Source: an uncultured Bacteroidia bacterium (GTDB lineage Bacteria > Bacteroidota > Bacteroidia > Bacteroidales > Prolixibacteraceae). From it: DNA of 27,993 nucleotides. A program made the position numbers and the translations under genes. Position 1 is the first letter of the stretch, and every line of letters starts with the position of its first letter. Where the stretch lies: positions 1 through 27,993 of the forward strand of contig CAIOOC010000596.1 of the NCBI GenBank assembly GCA_903859795.1, read 5' to 3'. Shown here piece after piece: positions 24,834-27,993 of this stretch. The notes under the pieces are model-generated. The model made no database searches. It was not told where the DNA came from and saw nothing but the letters and a program-made list of their open reading frames with translations.

Positions 24834-26711
24834 ATGTTCTCAAGGTTTTTTAAGGGTAGAACTATCCCTGCAGTAGCTATATTTCTTTTGTTCCTTTTGC
24901 CATCAATTAATTTGCAGGCACAACTTAAGATATTCGGCACTGCAAAGAAATACGCGTTCTATTCGGCAGCGAAGGGGGACACTCCGTATTCGGTCGCAAA
25001 GAATTTCAATATTCCAATTGAGGATTTTTACAAATACAATCCGCTAGCGAAAACGGGTATTCGTGAAGGTGAAGAACTTATGATACCTGCACCGTTTTCA
25101 TTTCAAACTGCAGTTGGTAAAACGGACAAAAACAGCAAGCGTGTAAAATATGTTGTCGAACGCAGGGAGACGCTTTATTCCATAGCCAAGACATTTAATA
25201 CCACTCAGGAGGAGATACTAAGACTAAATCCATCACTCACCGGGAGTCTTTCGAACGGGACTGTTTTGATTATACCCGGACCTGCCAGCTTACTTGAAAA
25301 TACACCAACACCTAAGGAAGAAAACCTTCAAGCTGGTGAATATAGGATTGTTAAAGGCGATAATTATTTCCAGCTCCAGCAACGTTTTGGTGTATCCCAA
25401 TCCGAGTTGGAAAATTTGAATCCGGAACTGAAGAACGGATTTAAACTTGGAATGGTTATTAAAATTCCATCAAAGAAGACCGTTGAAGCAGCTACTCCTC
25501 AAGCCGGCAATCATTTACCTGTCAAAGAGATAGTTAAACCCGAAATATCACAGGAGGCTGCAAAACCAATGGATGTTCCGAATCTGAATAAGAGATTTAA
25601 TGTAGGGATTTATCTACCATTCTGTCAGAATATTAGCGACTCAATTCGGGTTGCACAACATTCAAATAGTTATTTGGATTTCTACTCAGGTATCCTTTTG
25701 GCATCTGATGTAATGACTCAGGCGGGAATGAAGCTAAAGCTATATGTTTATGATACTTATCACGATTCTGATGTTGTTAATACATTGGTGAAAAAGCCGG
25801 AATTTTTATCCCTGGATCTGATTATTGGTCCTGTATATCCAAACGATCAGAAAATTGTCGCTGAATTAAGTTTCAAGAACCGGATCCCCATGGTTTCACC
25901 CCTCTCACCCGATAACCGCTTTGTTTTAAAAACTCCAGGTTATTACCTGATCAATCCGGGCAAAAGGCTTAGGCTTGCAAGTACTGCTGACTATATTTCA
26001 ACCAATTTTGCTTCAAAAAACCTGATTATGCTCCATCATGGGGCATATTCAGGAGACGGGAAATACCTTTTTGACAGGTTAACACAAAAGCTGGGAGCCA
26101 GGAATTTGCGTTCATATAATATCCTCACAGAAGATGCCTTAGGTCTTGAGGAACTTCTAAAAGACAGCCTTGAAAATGTTTTTATTCTTGCAGAAGGTAG
26201 CGAAGCGAACGTTAGTGTCGCGATGACGCGCCTGAATACTGTTTCAAAATCACATAAAGTCAGGGTCATCGGTCTTCAGGAATATACTAAAATGCAGAGT
26301 ATTGATATTGAGTACATGCATAATACCAATTTGCTCTATTTGGCTCCGTTCTTCATTGATTATGGAAATCCTAAAGTGAATAAGTTTATTGAGAAATACC
26401 GTTTGGATTTTGGAAGTGAGCCAACACAATATAGCTTCCAGGGATATGATATTGCGTTACATTTCTTTGCATCGTTGGTTAAAGCAGGGAAGAATTTCCC
26501 GGCGACAAACCCCAATCCGGGTGTGGATCTCCTGCAAGCAGAATATAATTTCCTTAAACCCTCGCAGTTGGGTGGGTATATTAACGGATCTTTTTACGTC
26601 GTTGAATATACCAACAACTACGAAGTTAGAATAATTGAAAAAATCAAAGGTTCGCTTGCATCAGAATATGGTGACGGAAGAGATTCTGAAAAGGCGGGAT
26701 TCGAACAGTAA
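24834..26711 (+). CDS. Secreted LysM-repeat protein with C-terminal periplasmic-binding-protein type 1 domain
   Basis: Signal peptide ending AQ. Three LysM repeats (GDTPYSVAKNFN...NP, ETLYSIAKTFN...NP, GDNYFQLQQRFG...NP). PBP1-like DLIIGP, PMVSPLS, YSFQGYD. Confidence 0.85.
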   Translation: MFSRFFKGRTIPAVAIFLLFLLPSINLQAQLKIFGTAKKYAFYSAAKGDTPYSVAKNFNIPIEDFYKYNPLAKTGIREGEELMIPAPFSFQTAVGKTDKNSKRVKYVVERRETLYSIAKTFNTTQEEILRLNPSLTGSLSNGTVLIIPGPASLLENTPTPKEENLQAGEYRIVKGDNYFQLQQRFGVSQSELENLNPELKNGFKLGMVIKIPSKKTVEAATPQAGNHLPVKEIVKPEISQEAAKPMDVPNLNKRFNVGIYLPFCQNISDSIRVAQHSNSYLDFYSGILLASDVMTQAGMKLKLYVYDTYHDSDVVNTLVKKPEFLSLDLIIGPVYPNDQKIVAELSFKNRIPMVSPLSPDNRFVLKTPGYYLINPGKRLRLASTADYISTNFASKNLIMLHHGAYSGDGKYLFDRLTQKLGARNLRSYNILTEDALGLEELLKDSLENVFILAEGSEANVSVAMTRLNTVSKSHKVRVIGLQEYTKMQSIDIEYMHNTNLLYLAPFFIDYGNPKVNKFIEKYRLDFGSEPTQYSFQGYDIALHFFASLVKAGKNFPATNPNPGVDLLQAEYNFLKPSQLGGYINGSFYVVEYTNNYEVRIIEKIKGSLASEYGDGRDSEKAGFEQ

Positions 26712-26821
26712 GTACCTTTTTACTTTGGTTAACCCGCTAATCTTCGTTTTCGCACTTCATTTTGTGTATCATTCCAAAGCCTTTACCCGATCCTGACCCT
26801 CCGAATTCTGATTCACACAAA

Positions 26822-26867
26822 TAAGAAAATACCCGACAGGCAAATAAGCCTGCCGGGTATTTTCTTA
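26822..26867. terminator. Bidirectional rho-independent terminator between convergent genes
   Basis: taagaaaatacccgacaggc pairs with gcctgccgggtattttctta at 19 of 20 positions (the mismatch is G-U on the minus strand), with A/T tracts on both sides. Confidence 0.85.
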
Positions 26868-26894
26868 ACCAGACATTAGAATAATAACCGGATC

Positions 26895-27992
26895 CTAATT
26901 CTTCTTAAAATAGATATCCCAGGCAATCATATCGATAATAGCAGTACCAAAATTCGCCTGACGTAACGAGGTAAACAGATCTCCGATGTTGGTAATAACA
27001 CTTCCAGCAAGTTCAGACAATGTTTTGGTTGTACCATCATCGAAGGTTATTTTTAAATCGCGCTGGTGATTGGCAAAACAATTGTCTGTTGGATCAACAG
27101 CCGGATTAGTCGAATTATCAACAATTTCAACTTTAGATTTTAATTGCAGAACGCCTGCAACATATACTTTGGCACTGTCGAGGCTGGCTTGTGAATGGCC
27201 CAATTGCCTTACAATCATAACATTGCCAATAGTCAGAGAAAACTCTCTTTCCCGGTGTTTGCTACCTGACGCAGCACTTTTGATTGCTGTATATTTCTCG
27301 TCATAAAAAATCTGAGTCCCCTTTTTGATAGTATATTCCGAAATTGCTGTGTCGCCAGGTGTATAATATGTTTGAGCAATATAGCCGTCAGGAAAATCAA
27401 ATTCAGAACCAAAATGATAACCTGTGACCTTATTTTTGGTGTACTGGATTTTATAAGTTCCTGCAGCTACACCTTTAACATTTATTGCTGAGGCCATTTC
27501 ATATGCCGAACCAATAACGTGACTAAAAGTGTATTTGTAGTCTGAGACAGTAATTTTATAATTATTGGTCAATAAAGTGTCTGCCGGAGAGTAACTGAGC
27601 AACTTTCTTGAATTTGTCACCTTTTCAACGGGTAAGCGAATAACCATTACTGTGGTGTCTTTCGTCTTGTTGAAAAAGCGCATCATCGGCATAAACATAT
27701 GTCTGTATGCAACAGCTTTATAATCATAAATGCCCGCGATATCAGCCAACTGAATGCTGTGAGTAACAGTATCCCAGGGTGAGATTACTATACTCTTTGT
27801 CAAAAGGTCTGTTGGTCCATTCACTACCTGATAACCGGTAGAAGTGGTCATTGCTGTTACCGCAGTTGACAGATCCTGAACTCCTGTTGTAATGGCAGAT
27901 TTAAGTGAAACCTGAGACCCTGGTGTTTTTAAACTGTCTGTCTTGTTACAGCTCATTGCAATAAACCCTAAAACCAATACCAGGAAATAAAG
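26895..27992 (-). CDS. Hypothetical lipoprotein (5' end beyond window)
   Basis: Frame is open to the window edge (LYFLVLVLGFIAMS-CNKTDS), giving a hydrophobic stretch plus lipobox Cys. Mature region is Thr/Ser- and beta-strand-rich. No family recognised. Confidence 0.75.
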   Translation of the reverse strand, partial: LYFLVLVLGFIAMSCNKTDSLKTPGSQVSLKSAITTGVQDLSTAVTAMTTSTGYQVVNGPTDLLTKSIVISPWDTVTHSIQLADIAGIYDYKAVAYRHMFMPMMRFFNKTKDTTVMVIRLPVEKVTNSRKLLSYSPADTLLTNNYKITVSDYKYTFSHVIGSAYEMASAINVKGVAAGTYKIQYTKNKVTGYHFGSEFDFPDGYIAQTYYTPGDTAISEYTIKKGTQIFYDEKYTAIKSAASGSKHREREFSLTIGNVMIVRQLGHSQASLDSAKVYVAGVLQLKSKVEIVDNSTNPAVDPTDNCFANHQRDLKITFDDGTTKTLSELAGSVITNIGDLFTSLRQANFGTAIIDMIAWDIYFKKN

Positions 27993-27993
27993 A

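Overview
This is a Bacteroidota chromosomal window (Bacteroidales-like gene set and TAnnTTTG promoters) that is mostly housekeeping. It holds a partial PhoR-like histidine kinase, glyQS, a DUF4834-like protein, a large membrane-anchored DUF3352-like protein, a U32/TrhP-like Fe-S protein, a GH32 fructosidase, dxs, yceD-rpmF-bactofilin, a short-chain prenyl diphosphate synthase, metF, a DUF2027/Smr protein, a GH106-like glycosidase, SUI1/YciH, nfnA-nfnB plus a DHOD-like gene, a LysM/PBP1 protein and a partial lipoprotein. An apparently intact 1.58-kb IS4-family element with TIRs and a 7-8 bp target duplication lies between SUI1 and nfnA. The unusual signal is intergenic. Three period-8 'CGA-N5' tandem arrays each start directly after a stop codon, always purine-rich on the mRNA strand. 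Two of them end, in identical register, in a near-identical ~55-bp sequence resembling an IS3-family left end, and together they form large inverted repeats around the U32/GH32 gene pair. There are also a perfect 56-bp palindrome and several REP/MITE-like remnants. I found no CRISPR array, rRNA or tRNA gene, and no clearly novel multi-gene system. All family assignments come from motif recognition, not from database searches.
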